From positions 122,016,001 to 122,080,000 of the forward strand of contig NC_042997.1 of assembly GCF_006345805.1 (NCBI RefSeq): DNA of 64,000 nucleotides, in the 5' to 3' direction. The translations under genes and the position numbers were made by a program. The stretch's first letter is position 1, and each line of letters begins with the position of its first letter. The stretch comes from Octopus sinensis. Its lineage: Eukaryota. The notes below the pieces were generated by a model, which was given only the letters and a program-made list of their open reading frames with translations, was not told the origin of the DNA and ran no database searches. This document shows, in pieces, positions 40,956 to 53,511 of this stretch.

Positions 40956-41470
40956 CTAGCGGTATCGCCCGGCGTTGCTCGGATTTGTAAGGGAAATAAC
41001 TATACAAGCATTTTTAGAGAGTTACTTCCCTTATAGATGCCAATTCGGGCTTTCTTAGCCATTTCTGTTTTGGTGTCTTCAAGCCATGAAGTCGTTGTTC
41101 TAAAAGAACGCTGGTCTCCTTGACAACGCTTTACGACGTTGATTTCCTTACACTCCCTTCCTCACAGCTTCATGAGTGAGGGAAGAAGTGGGAGAAGCAA
41201 ACAGGTGCAGGTGTGACCATGGACGCCAACTCCGCCGCCATCGACACACGAAAAATTATGCATTAAAATGGAATAAAAAATGATGTTAAATTATTTTTTA
41301 AATCGTAGACTCATCGTAGACGCGCGCTAATACTCAGACGGGCTCGATATGAATCACGACTATAAGATACCCGAATTTGGTTAAACTGCACCGCAAAATG
41401 TGGGAGTAGTTAGGAATCTAAATCGAAGGGGACAGACACTCACACAACTACAGTTTTATATATATATAGA
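40956..41470 (-). mobile_element. Non-autonomous Helitron
   Basis: Minus strand: A|TCTATATATATATAAAA 5' end; subterminal GC hairpin ccgagcaacgccgg; 3' end CTAG|T (insertion between A and T). Confidence 0.8.
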
Positions 41471-41546
41471 TATATAAATACTATATAAATATTTATATAT
41501 AAATAATATATTAATATACGCATATATACATACATACATGTACATA

Positions 41547-41730
41547 CGCCATGATAGATCGTTAGCCAATACACACATTTTTTCTCTCCTTGTTTTTTCT
41601 GTGTCCTTTTCTGAAGAAGAGCGTAGGCTCGAAACGTAAAAGACTTTTCCTATTCCTGAGCGCTATACTAATACATCTGTTTGTTTTGTAAACCACCTGA
41701 CTTCGTATTCTTGTTTTCTTCGTAAACTCT

Positions 41731-41733
<3 letters not shown>
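41547..41733 (+). mobile_element. Short HHR-bearing element, family P1 (intact core)
   Basis: Colinear with 11541-11744 and 33592-33770; ends ctccc(TA)n. Confidence 0.8.
41603..41644 (+). ncRNA. Minimal (dimer-type) type I hammerhead ribozyme motif
   Basis: gtcctttt-CTGAAGA-A-GAGC-gtag-GCTC-GAAAC-GTA-aaagac; palindromic ACGT stem III; predicted cut after 41638. Confidence 0.7.
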
Positions 41734-41760
<27 letters not shown>

Positions 41761-41764
<4 letters not shown>

Positions 41765-41946
41765 GAATATATGGGTACAGGACATAAAAAAAGTTTAAAA
41801 CTATTAGAAATGAAAACATAAAAACAAAAACAGGAAACGAACTCTTTTCGAACAACGAAAAAACAAACAGAGAAACGAGACATACAATATAAAGTATATT
41901 CCCCTTCATCAGTTGTCCCTGTTTCAACTACTCTACATTTCGAAGA
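41761..41946 (-). mobile_element. Family P5 copy
   Basis: Reverse complement aligns with 1763-1943. Confidence 0.65.
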
Positions 41947-42393
41947 GAATGTCATTATCAAAACATGGAAGCCAATTCATTGTCCTAAAACCTGAACAAT
42001 ATAACGCCAAACCTGTTCTATATTCCGGATATTTCTAGTTCAACTGGTCCATCGAGGTGTAGCTGACATTTGAACTGCAAGTTGACAAGCTCTCCAGAAA
42101 TCCCTGATCCGTGGTAGCCAACGAGATTGGTAATGAAGATGAGGGTTATTTAAGGAAATTAGTAAAAGCGAGATGAACAATGTGGTGAGAAGGTGAGAGA
42201 GGGAGAGAAATAGAATGAGAGATGAGGTGTACAATTATAAGCCCAATTGACATCAAGTTGACTCCATTGTTCGTTGGATTCTATAAATGCTAATGAGCTT
42301 CTCCCTCTCTCTCCCTCTATCTATCTAACTGCATCTCTCACACTCATTCTATACATACACACACATACACAGATATATATATATATATAGATA

Positions 42394-43000
42394 TAGGAGC
42401 GACATCTATATATATCTGTGTAGTAAGAAACTGGCTTCCCAATCACATGGATCTGGGTTCAGTCCCACAGTGTGACACCTTCGGCAGGTGTCTTCTACTA
42501 TAGTCGTGGGATTATGATTGCATTTAGTAGACGGAAACTATAATGAAGCTTATATATATATACACAATTAAGTTCTTTTATTCGTCCCCTGGTGACTACT
42601 GTGAACTGCATATTCTTTTAATGTTTGGTAAGAATACAGGATAAGGTAGACACTCTTAAAAGACTCATTCAAATTTCAGACAAATATGTACGTATATCAT
42701 ATAGGTGATTGACGCCTGATGAACGTATGCATGTACGGGGAATTATTAGTAGCGCGTTAAGTTGAAACGTTTAGTAATATGTGTGTGTGTGAGTATTTGT
42801 GTGTCTCTGTTCGATTCTCCCACGATCGCTTCGCAACCAATGTTGGTGTATTAACGTTCTCGTAACCTAGCGGTTCGCCAAAAGACAGATAGAATAAGTA
42901 CTAGGCTTACAAAGAATAAGTCCTGGGGTCGATTTATTCAAATAAAGGCGGTGCTCCAGCATGGTTGTAGTCAAAAAACCGAAACAAGTAAAAAGTAAAA
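42394..43000 (+). mobile_element. Diverged SINE family A copy with about 210 bp of unrelated sequence in its central (TA)n
   Basis: Head and 5' body at 42394-42560; 3' body and tail at 42781-43000. Confidence 0.7.
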
Positions 43001-43869
43001 TATATATATATATATACATACATACATACATACACACACATATGTATACTTTTATTCTTTCATCCACTCTCCCTGTCTCTCTCTGTATGTATATATATAT
43101 ATATATATAATTATATGTATGTACCTATGTATGTACATACATATATATTTATTTATTTATATTGAGAGAGAAGAGAAAGACAGAAAGTATGGTAAAGAGA
43201 ATGTGAGAGAGCCTCCTTAGAATTTGGCAATTGAGACCTCGGGTGTTCTCTCTCTTTTCCCCGACCATATCCCTGCTCTCCGTGAGTCTGAATGGCTGTT
43301 GCAGCGCATCTCCCTCACCATTTTCCAGGGCAACGCCATTTTCCAATTTGTTTGCTAGTGCCATGAGAAATGTTGAACTATGATAGAAGGAAGTGGCCTT
43401 TACTTAGACTAGTAGTTATTCGATTTGCATTATATTGCCATCCTTGTTGCCTCTACATCAGTCTTATTTATCAATTCATTTAGGTTTTTGATTATATAAT
43501 TCTACCATACATAAAATCTAAATGTGTAATAAGGTAGAAGTTGCTTTGGCCGTTATAAAACTAAGCAGAATCTTCCATAAACCATGTAAATGCGAGAGTA
43601 TGTGTGTTCGAATACTGTTGAGTTGTATATTTCCTTTGATTGTTTTTATCGTTAACTGGGGCTATGATGGAGCACTGACTTGAAGGGTTTAATAGTACAA
43701 ATCGATTCCAGTACTTATTGACTCACAAAAGTGCGCTTTTTTCAAAAACTGGCACTTATCTTATCAGTTACTTTTACCGAACAATTTGGTAACGTGGTGG
43801 TGGTGGTGGTGCGGTGAAGTATAAAATCAATGTATGATATATATGCAAAGTATAAAAACAATATATATA

Positions 43870-44135
43870 TTGGGTTGGTGCGTAATTATTGCGGCGTTTT
43901 TTCAACAAAATTTATTCAACAAAATTTATTCAACAAAAATAATAACAATAGTTAACAAAAGCATCTTTAAATGACGGTCTGACTGTCTACCAAGCAAACG
44001 GGAAGCAATCATTGAAGGAAATGGTGAATATGCTCCGGAATCATCATTCAAATATGTTTTTGTTGCATGATGTTATTGTTTTTGTTGAATAAAATTTGTT
44101 GAAAAAAAAACTGCAATAGTTATGCATCAACCCAA
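43870..44135 (+). mobile_element. Internally deleted mariner (MITE) with TA target-site duplication
   Basis: TIR TTGGGTTGGTGCGTAATTATTGCGG / reverse complement of ctgcaatagttatgcatcaacccaa, TA on both sides; the internal frame LPSKREAIIEGNGEY resembles the mariner transposase C-terminus. Confidence 0.85.
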
Positions 44136-44680
44136 TATATATATACACATTCTCTGTAATAATAATAATAAAGTAAAATAGTCCCTTACTTCATTTCCCT
44201 CCATTTATCAATGATGTATACACCGCTTTATTCGCAGTGATACATTTAGTAAACTATACAAAATACCAAGAATATTTACCATAAGTCTATGGGAATATAA
44301 GCTTTAGTAACCAAACCCATTGAGAATAGAATGTAGAACATATAAAATCGATAATACATTGATATATGTTATCATTATCAAATCAACAGAACAGTCGATA
44401 AAATATGCGACTCATACAGGTGGTGATGTTTGCATTCAGAGCATTTTCAAACCGTTTGTGTGTTGGTGGAGATATCAATGAAAGCATTAACAAAGCTGTT
44501 GGTCTTCCTTTCTTAATATGCAGTGTGTTAGTAGTGTTTTGTGATGACCACTTGCAGAGTTGTCATGGCAATTGTTCTCTGAATAACATAGAAGCTGACA
44601 CAGTTGCTAAAAATATGCTGTGTATTGTCATCATGCATACATAAATACATACATATACAAACACTTTGATATATACATAC

Positions 44681-44765
<85 letters not shown>

Positions 44766-45516
44766 CATATATATGCACAAAAACTAAAATAAACAAGCAT
44801 ATATATGTATGCTGAGTCGAAATCGGGGCTATATTTATTCCTTTTTCTTTATGTTTTTTACATAACCCCTTATATGTCCTTCTCGTGTATTTGTAGCAGT
44901 AAATTGACTCAGGAATTTGCATCGGAAAAGTAGAGCACGTTGCATTTTGAATGCCATATGTCAAAACGTACAGGAATTCTACATTCTGCATTCAGGAAAA
45001 TATAAATCTGTGCAATGACAGAGTAAGAAAAAAAGAAAAAGAAAAAAGAAAAACACGAAAACGCACGCTAGAAATCAGGAAGTAATTGATGGAACTATAA
45101 ATAGCAGAAGCAACTCAAGAAATGGCGATTTTGAAGAGGAAATGCTACAGCTAAAGATACATATTGATGCTGATGGAATGACGAAATTTACTCTTCCTAA
45201 CAAACTGCAAGCAACTCATCCGAAATTATAGTAAAATCAATAAAAAAAAAGAATATAAAACAGCAAAAATAAACCTTATCCATTTTATAGTCTATTCACG
45301 TGCCCACATTGAAACACACAGACACACGCATTATTAGAATGGATTCTCCAGTGACTTCGAAGTATGAGGATCATAGAGCTAAATATAGCTGCTAAACTAC
45401 CCACACAGAAGTTTTGTTTTTAATCCTGAAGTCCTGGGTTGTATAAAATTTTGGAAATTTAGTGCAAATATTTACCACAAATTCCATGAACACCTGTCCT
45501 CATCTTGTTTGTTGTT

Positions 45517-45562
45517 AACAAAACGTTTCGGCTGATATACCCTCCAGCCTTCTTCAGGTGTC
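45517..45562 (-). ncRNA. Minimal type I hammerhead ribozyme motif (P4)
   Basis: gacac-CTGAAGA-A-GGCTG-gagggtatat-CAGCC-GAAAC-GTT-ttgtt; one mismatch at the base of stem I. Confidence 0.65.
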
Positions 45563-45834
45563 TTGGGGAAATTTCGAAACTTGGTTCTCATTCCTAAGGT
45601 ATTTTCGATGTTATTATTATTATTATTGTTGTTGTTGTTGTTCAGGTCACTGCTTGGAAATGAACTCGGAATCTTGGGGCTAGTAGCCCGCGTTCTTAAA
45701 TAGTGGCTAAGATACCAAGCAGTGACCTGAGCAATACTAATATTAATAATAATAATAATAATAATAATTATTATTATTATTATAACATCGAAAAATACCT
45801 TAGGAATGAGGACCCACGTTGAAAATGTCCCCAA

Positions 45835-45880
45835 GACTCCTGAAGAATGCTGGAGGGTATATCAGCCGAAACGTTGTGTT
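45835..45880 (+). ncRNA. Minimal type I hammerhead ribozyme motif (P4)
   Basis: gactc-CTGAAGA-A-tGCTG-gagggtatat-CAGCc-GAAAC-GTT-gtgtt; one mismatch each in stems I and II. Confidence 0.6.
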
Positions 45881-45963
45881 AACAACAAACAACATGAGGA
45901 CAAATATCCGTCGAATGTAAATACTGTAAATAACTACAATATAGAGTATATATTTATATATAT

Positions 45964-46390
45964 GGTTGACTGGACACCTTATTAGAATGAAGGATAGCAG
46001 GATCCCTAAGCAGATGCTTTATGGGGAACTTGTGAATGGAAAGAGACCTCAGCAGAAACCAAGGCTGGGATTTATGAACTGTGTCAAGTCCTCATTAAAG
46101 GCCTGTGATGTTCACAGATGAAGGAAACAGGTTAAGGACGGATTCGACACCTTTGAGGGATCACGTATTCTGCAAGAAGAACTTAAGCATGCTGTTCGAA
46201 AGCGTACTGCTGATGTAATGAATGGGGGAATCTTGGTGTGTAATGTTTGCAGTCGTATAAGCGTTTCAAGAGCAAGGGCCATTAGCCACCATCGGAGCCG
46301 CAAATATAAAATATAAGTTAGTCCTAGAGAGCACAATGTTCCTGAAGGCCAGCAGTGGTCTTCCTCGGTGACCAGTGGATGGCCGTCATA
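45964..46390 (+). mobile_element. 3' fragment of a second RTE-like LINE
   Basis: GHLIRMKDSRIPKQMLYGELVNGKRPQQKPRL, later LVCNVCSRISVSRARAISHHR (degenerate zinc finger). Confidence 0.8.
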
Positions 46391-46542
46391 TGTGAAAGAG
46401 CTATAAGGTGTTACTGAAGCACTCAACTATGAATCCACTTTGCCATCTCATTTTGTAACTACCGTTCTGTACACTGCTATCGCTTCGCTCTGAAATCTAT
46501 CGAGTTCTACACCAGGTTTTAGTATTGCAATGCCCACGCGAC

Positions 46543-46771
46543 AGGCGGCGAGCAGGCAGAATCGTTAGCATGGAGGGCGAAATGCTTAGCGGTATTTCGT
46601 CTGCCGTTACGTTCTGAGTTCAAATTCCGCCGAGGTCGACTTTGTCTTTTATCCTTTTGGGGTCGATAAATTAAGTACCAATTACGCACTGGGGTCGATG
46701 TAATCGACTTAATCCCTTTGTCTATCCTTGTTTGTCCCCTCTATGTTTAGCCCCTTGTGGGAAATAAAGAA
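46543..46771 (+). mobile_element. SINE family B copy
   Basis: aggcggcgagcaggcagaatcgttagc...gttctgagttcaaattccgccgagg...gtgggaaataaagaa. Confidence 0.88.
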
Positions 46772-47948
46772 TTAAATACCCAAGTGAAATATATATCTAT
46801 ATGATTTACTGGACTAATTCTTTCCATGAAAATACTAGCCGGTTCTGTGCTATACACAATTCAAGTGAAATTATAAATGGCAACGTAAAACTATGCTCAT
46901 TGGCTCACATATGCCTTGTGTATGTTGCACATAAAATAAAGATGTGAGAATCGGCTCAAAATGAACTAAAGGAAGATAATTCGCGCATCCAAATAAAATA
47001 GTTACTTCAAAGAATATAATTGGGGGTTGAACATTGAAGTTAAAAGAGTGTAATAATTAAAAGAGTGATAACATTAAAGTTAGCGTAATTTTAAGGAGAA
47101 GTGGATAACTTAGATATTTCTAGATGAAAGAGTAGTAAATGTAATTGAATAAAAATTGTTAAATGGGAGTAATTAAAAATAGGGATGCCATAAACGATAG
47201 CTAATGTCGAACAAGAAAATTCCCGTTAGTGATAATCAAAGGGACGTAATTCATTACAAGGGGAGTAATTAAATTCACAAATTACAGACTTGAAGCTTGA
47301 AGTCAAGATAAAGTATCTTAGCAATATAACCGCATATATTCTTAGTATAATCACGCGATTACTTTGGATAAATTTATATAAAGTGACTTGAGCGGAATCA
47401 ATCCTGCAACGTGTACGTATAATTTCTCATTCTACTAGCGCAATATTTCTTTGTAATTGCGAATTACTTCATTCATGTAACACAGTATTAGAGATGTTAT
47501 TGCGAATTATCTTAATTATCTTCATTTTCTACAGCGTCATAACATGATTTTATGAGCATATCTCACGCGATCTGAGTCAGCTAATGAAGTGATGGTCGGG
47601 CTTTATCTCGAATATCAATTAAATTGCGCTTTTTATAAAACCTTACAGTCTTCTAACGCATACAAGACACTGAACGTACAAATATCAGCTTATATGGTAT
47701 CGAGAATATATATATATATGTTAGAATGTTTGGAGATGATGTACAGGTATTTTATATTAGAAGAAATGAGGTACTCAGAAATTCGGATTGTTTTATATTT
47801 ACAGATATTTATTTGTATATTACATGTATTTATACATCATATATCATATATTAGCGCTTTCGTCCATTCTATTGGAGTTGTCAAATTGAACTAAGTATTT
47901 GGAGAAAATTTGACTATTTTTATAGTGTTATTGAGTGTGTGGTTATAT

Positions 47949-47985
<37 letters not shown>

Positions 47986-48224
47986 CACTCTCCATATATA
48001 TATGTTCGTATGTTTCTATAAAAATGCATATATTTAATCCACTACATGCCTTATTTTCTCTTGTATCGGTGCCATCTCATCAGTTTTCTTCACTTCAATG
48101 GCCGCTCATCAAAACCATTTCTGGTGATTTTTACTCTGTTTCTTGTTTTCTTTCTCGTATAGCGTTTCTCTTTTGCATATAGTTGAAGATAATTTATGCA
48201 ATGCTAACCGAAACTTCTTTGTTT

Positions 48225-48260
48225 TCTCTCTGAAGAAAAGCAACGCCCGAAAAGTCAAAG
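48225..48260 (+). ncRNA. Degenerate hammerhead-like motif related to P1/P2
   Basis: tctct-CTGAAGA-A-aAGC-aac-GCcC-GAAA-a-GTC-aaag; stems largely broken. Confidence 0.35.
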
Positions 48261-49089
48261 TAACCGTCAATCTCATATGCATTAATTTTTTTTAATTAAC
48301 ATGTATTATTAAATGGCTTTCGTAGACGAAAACTACACCAATTTCATGGACGATGTACTCTAACTTCTTAAACATTAAAATTTTGTCGCTGCCATTGTTT
48401 AGTGCAAGTCAGCTAGAGGAAGCAGACGTATTCTTTTAATTTGTTGCGATTTTTGCCAGGGCGAAGTTCTTCAAAAGACACGAACAGCAACCTGGAATGA
48501 CCTTCAAGGGAAGTGCAATCGACACGGTTATGTTCTGAAACGGTGAATATTACAAGACTCAATTGGTGCATGATTCTGAAGACCCTGTTTATAGAATAAT
48601 TGCAGGTTTGGTGTGAAGCATGCGGATTATGTTTGGTAATAAGTATCAGGCTTAAAAAATATGCACAGGGGTCGATTTAACTGCAGTCCAATGATTGAAA
48701 CAAACAAGTAAGAGATAACAGTACTATATAACAGACTAAAGTTTAGACCATTGAGACAGTATCATCAGTTACACACTACATTTAATTGAGAGTTAGTAAT
48801 CCAAGTAGTGGGAGAGAGCTGACGGCCATAAGCAGGCAATGTTGATGATGAAATCGCATACAAGGAATGGCTGATGTTTTACTTGTACTGAATGTGACAA
48901 CAGTATTCCTACCTAATTTCTCGAGGTGTTTGACAAAGTGTAGATACTTAATTGATAAGATTTTACGAAAGCCCCGGGCGTTCAAATATAATCAACTCCT
49001 TCAACATAGTAGCATTTAATTAACCGAGAAAAATGAATTACGAATTATAAAACGAAAAATATTTCTTGTCAGTTGCACGAAATAGCTGA

Positions 49090-49129
<40 letters not shown>

Positions 49130-49305
49130 TTGTGTGTGTGTACATGCATACATACATGTGTGGGTGTATTTTTTTAAATACAAGATTATGAGAGATGCCA
49201 TATCAGGTGATTTCACAGATTCATACGGCGTATTTGTGTACATTTAATTTAGTATGATACGCGGAGAGCGACACTCACGCATACACACGCACTTATGTGT
49301 ACGTC

Positions 49306-49371
<66 letters not shown>

Positions 49372-49386
49372 TTTTTTTTTTTTGTA

Positions 49387-49715
<329 letters not shown>

Positions 49716-49934
49716 CGTATATATATGCGGTGGGGGAGGGGTAGCGTTCCTGCGTGGATGAATAGATGCTTGTGAAGGTGCATATTTAAGATGCTTCTTC
49801 TGCAACGACACAGACTCGAGTTCGTTCTCACGGTGCAGCAATTGTGATATCTGTCATAATATTGATATTCGCAACATTTAATGAAGTTTGTTAAACTGAA
49901 ATTGTCCAGAAACTCTCAAACGATATAATATATA

Positions 49935-49998
<64 letters not shown>

Positions 49999-50833
49999 CA
50001 TATATATTATATATATTATATATATATACTTGTATATGTTTCCATCGTGTTGGAGGTTAGAAAATAGTTGTTTTGAAAGAAAATGCCCTGTGGTCTGAAG
50101 TTTCGCATTAGTTACATCGCACGTTCCCCTCACGTTTTTCCTTCAAAATCAATAAAACAACTATCAAAGTTCTACAGTTCACGATAATCGAATAAAGCCC
50201 CTAAAGGCCGAGCCCTCACAATGACCGCAGTCCGTTGGCAGACATTAGCGAAATAATATAATAATGAAATGATACAAATCACTAGAAATGCTACGAACTC
50301 CGTTTTTGTAAGTATTACCAAATATAGTAGTATAGTTAAATTTAACAGACAACACTGCGTCTTTGAGTCAACCTGGTATTCTGTTAAACTGTATACATCA
50401 ATAACAGTTCCAATTACTCTTCAATCACTGTAGCTGAAGGCACATAATTGTCAGTGGCTGTTGTTTCCCCGTTTCATTTGTTGTTTTTTTTTGTTTTTCT
50501 TTTTCAGTTATCTGCCATTATAGTATTTCTCGTTTCTTTTATACGTTTGTGTTCAACAATTTTGTCCTTCTGGTAATTAAGTGCAGACAAATATTTATAT
50601 ACAAACGTTTAAACACAGACGCATAAATCATACATACATGCGCATTTGTATATGTGCCTGTGCACATACGTGTGTGTGCGTGTGTGTTTTTGGGTGTGTG
50701 TACATGCATGTGTGTGTGTATTATTTTCTTCTTCCCTTGTTTCAGTGATTAAACTGTGGCCATGCTTGGACACTGCCGTGAAAAATTTTCCTACGCATAT
50801 ATACATACTTGTATAAATACATGCATACATACA

Positions 50834-50902
<69 letters not shown>

Positions 50903-50930
50903 CTGTGTCTGTGTGTGCTTGTGTGTATAT

Positions 50931-51325
50931 GGAGGAGATGTTTTCTTGGGGCTATAAACATCAGTAGCATTCTCCTGTATAGGACGCCACAAATAACTGC
51001 AAATTATGTTACGGCTCCTTACTGCTACTGTTTATAACATATCTCACTCTTTTACAAGACTAGCGACAGTGAATCGCGAGAAAAATATATAGTAATTTGC
51101 GAGTGTATTGAGCTTTCATCACTAGCTATTCATTAATACACGCTGACGATGGGTAACCACCCAGAAACACGAGTCCGTGTGTATCATTAGAGATGGAGGT
51201 GATGAAATTCCTCAGCAAATACTAATCGGACACAGACTGTATATCGATAACCAGCCGGAGAAAATGTCTTCTTGGGGCTATAAACAACAGTAGCACTGTC
51301 CTGTGTAGGATGCCACACTTAATTG

Positions 51326-51328
<3 letters not shown>
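50931..51328 (+). mobile_element. Family P3 element in partial tandem (326-bp period) containing an HHR
   Basis: 60-bp direct repeat at 50931-50990 and 51257-51316; the 3' part is homologous to 21907-22032; ends at (TA)n. Confidence 0.8.
51136..51182 (+). ncRNA. Type I hammerhead ribozyme, core intact
   Basis: atacacg-CTGACGA-TGGGT-aacc-ACCCA-GAAAC-acga-GTC-cgtgtgt: 7-bp stem I, 5-bp stem II, 2-bp stem III; predicted cut after 51175. Confidence 0.8.
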
Positions 51329-51390
<62 letters not shown>

Positions 51391-51393
<3 letters not shown>

Positions 51394-51737
51394 TTCAGTA
51401 AAATTTTAGATTCAGTTGAATATGGTACTTAAGTTAAAGGCACCAGAATTTGGTATGGTATTGTCTATAAATTTAAAATGGGGTGATTATAATCAAAATA
51501 TTAATTACTACCATGTTTCTGTTGCTGAAACTTATTTCTCTGTCTACATACTTACCCTCTTTGTGATATTGGTAAATGGAATAAGTATAAAAATGAATCT
51601 TTTCAATTTAACTAAATTTATATGCAGCTGAAGATTGCTCTACATTTTAAAACTGATGTAGTACTTGCATTGTTTAATTAAATGGAGTCGCATGAAACGC
51701 TCGTACTGCATCACCTTTGGATAACCTTGTTGCTTAT
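51391..51737. mobile_element. Family P7 copy with an internal inversion
   Basis: 51391-51500 is the reverse complement of the 3' half of 5481-5680; 51642-51737 is its 5' half in forward orientation. Confidence 0.7.
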
Positions 51738-52927
51738 GCGCATATATTTATGTGCACATGTATTGTGTGCATATATACATATTATATATATCTGAGTAGT
51801 TAATACATATTTTGTGTGCTGTATTAAAAGAAATTTCTTTCAGTCTTCCACACCACAATATATACGATGCACAAATCATGGTGATAATCGTCCTGTTTGT
51901 ATTCGTATTTAACAACCCCGATAATATCGTAAGAATATCGAAAAGAAAAACGATCATCCAACAAGTTTCTCAACTCACATTCTTAAATTGAAATGATTCA
52001 CTAGATCTTCCTGCAGACATTAACATGTTATCTATGTAATTAAATGTATTTCTAAATTAATATATCTCGATGAATATCGTGAAATGTATGCTTATTTATA
52101 AATCAATTTCGAGACCTTTTGTTACAAGAAAATTTTCTGTGGCGATATCGAGACAGAATGGTGAACTATAGAATTCTCTAGCTGAAAATATTGAATCAAA
52201 TTCCTCAGGTATTTTCATATCTTTTGCAAAATAATTATTTAAACATAGACATATTGACATCCGAAACTACAATCTATTTTATGAATCTTTGAGAATATGT
52301 CTCCAATTCGTCGATTTTTGAAAAACCAAATAAAAGAGATATATTAATATTCGGTTCTAAAGATCGGTTTGTTTTTGTAGAATAGCAGCGCTCTAGGCAA
52401 ACATGGAGATTTCTTTTGATATGTGTGTTGGCAATTTATTTCCAACAAATAATAAACATAAAGTTATTTTATTATTTACGAATGACCTACAGGTATCGTA
52501 TACTTTAAAAAAATACCAAGCTATATATCGTTTCCAAATAAGAGATTAAGGCGAAAAAAAAAAACATTAATAGCTATCATTGATAACCATCGATACAAAT
52601 ATGAACAGAAAGAAAACGTATTTATACTTACAATGATATTCATGTCTAGATGTATTTTTGTTTTTATGATGCTTTAAATGAATCGGTATATTTTTAAATG
52701 TGCATGCATCAGTCTGCATAAACAATCGTAAAATATTGGGTAGCTATGAGATCAGACAAATATACGAAGGTACGTACACATATACAGAAATAAACACAAT
52801 TAAGAATATTACTGCCTATATCGGTATCTACGCTACGTGCCACTATATCAGGTAACAAATATATCTTTGTCTACGTATTTGTACATATACAAATTTACAC
52901 TGCGGCACATACTCTCTGTCTCTCTCA

Positions 52928-52961
<34 letters not shown>

Positions 52962-53511
52962 GTCTTTGACTATTTTCTCTTTTCCACTAGGCCGCTGGTA
53001 GCGATAAATTTTTACTGAATTTTTTGCTACCCTAAATTGATTAATTGATATTTTCTGACTAATTCTGAGATTGAATCGGCAGTTTATATTTGCTGCCGAT
53101 AAGTTTGGCGCGAATGCGTTGGTCTTGAAAATTTTAAGACAGATATTCCGAGGCATTGATACAGTCGCCTCGTGTATATCCGTCTCTCCCAGGTTTCTTT
53201 TACTGATGAAGTGTGACCTATGGTAGATTAGCTTAATTTAATTTAATTAAGCTGGTCTATCATTAAAGACACTGAAACGATGCATCGTATAAAAGATGAA
53301 TTAGGGTAAATGTTTTTAAATTTTCACCTTATTTCCGAATTACACTACTTGGCGGTTGGAGTTCTGGCTGCTCTTTCTGGTGGACGAATGGCCTGTTTAG
53401 GCCATTCCTAAATTGTTATATATATATATATATATGCAGCGTGGAAGGTGTTTATAAGCCATTTAAGAAACACAGAAAAGCGGTTCGATTCACTTCAACA
53501 TTTAAGTTTAA

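Larger units (their letters stand above)
45495..45925. mobile_element. Inverted pair of family P4 elements (tRNA-like head, (AAT)n, HHR tail)
   Basis: Left arm 45495-45657 is the reverse complement of 45715-45902 apart from microsatellite length; 57-nt spacer. Confidence 0.85.

Noticed and set aside
51652-51712. Three-way-junction-like fold in P7 (gatgtagtac/gtactgcatc stem with GAAACGCTC)
   Set aside because: The CUGANGA position reads TTGCATT, so the invariant core is missing
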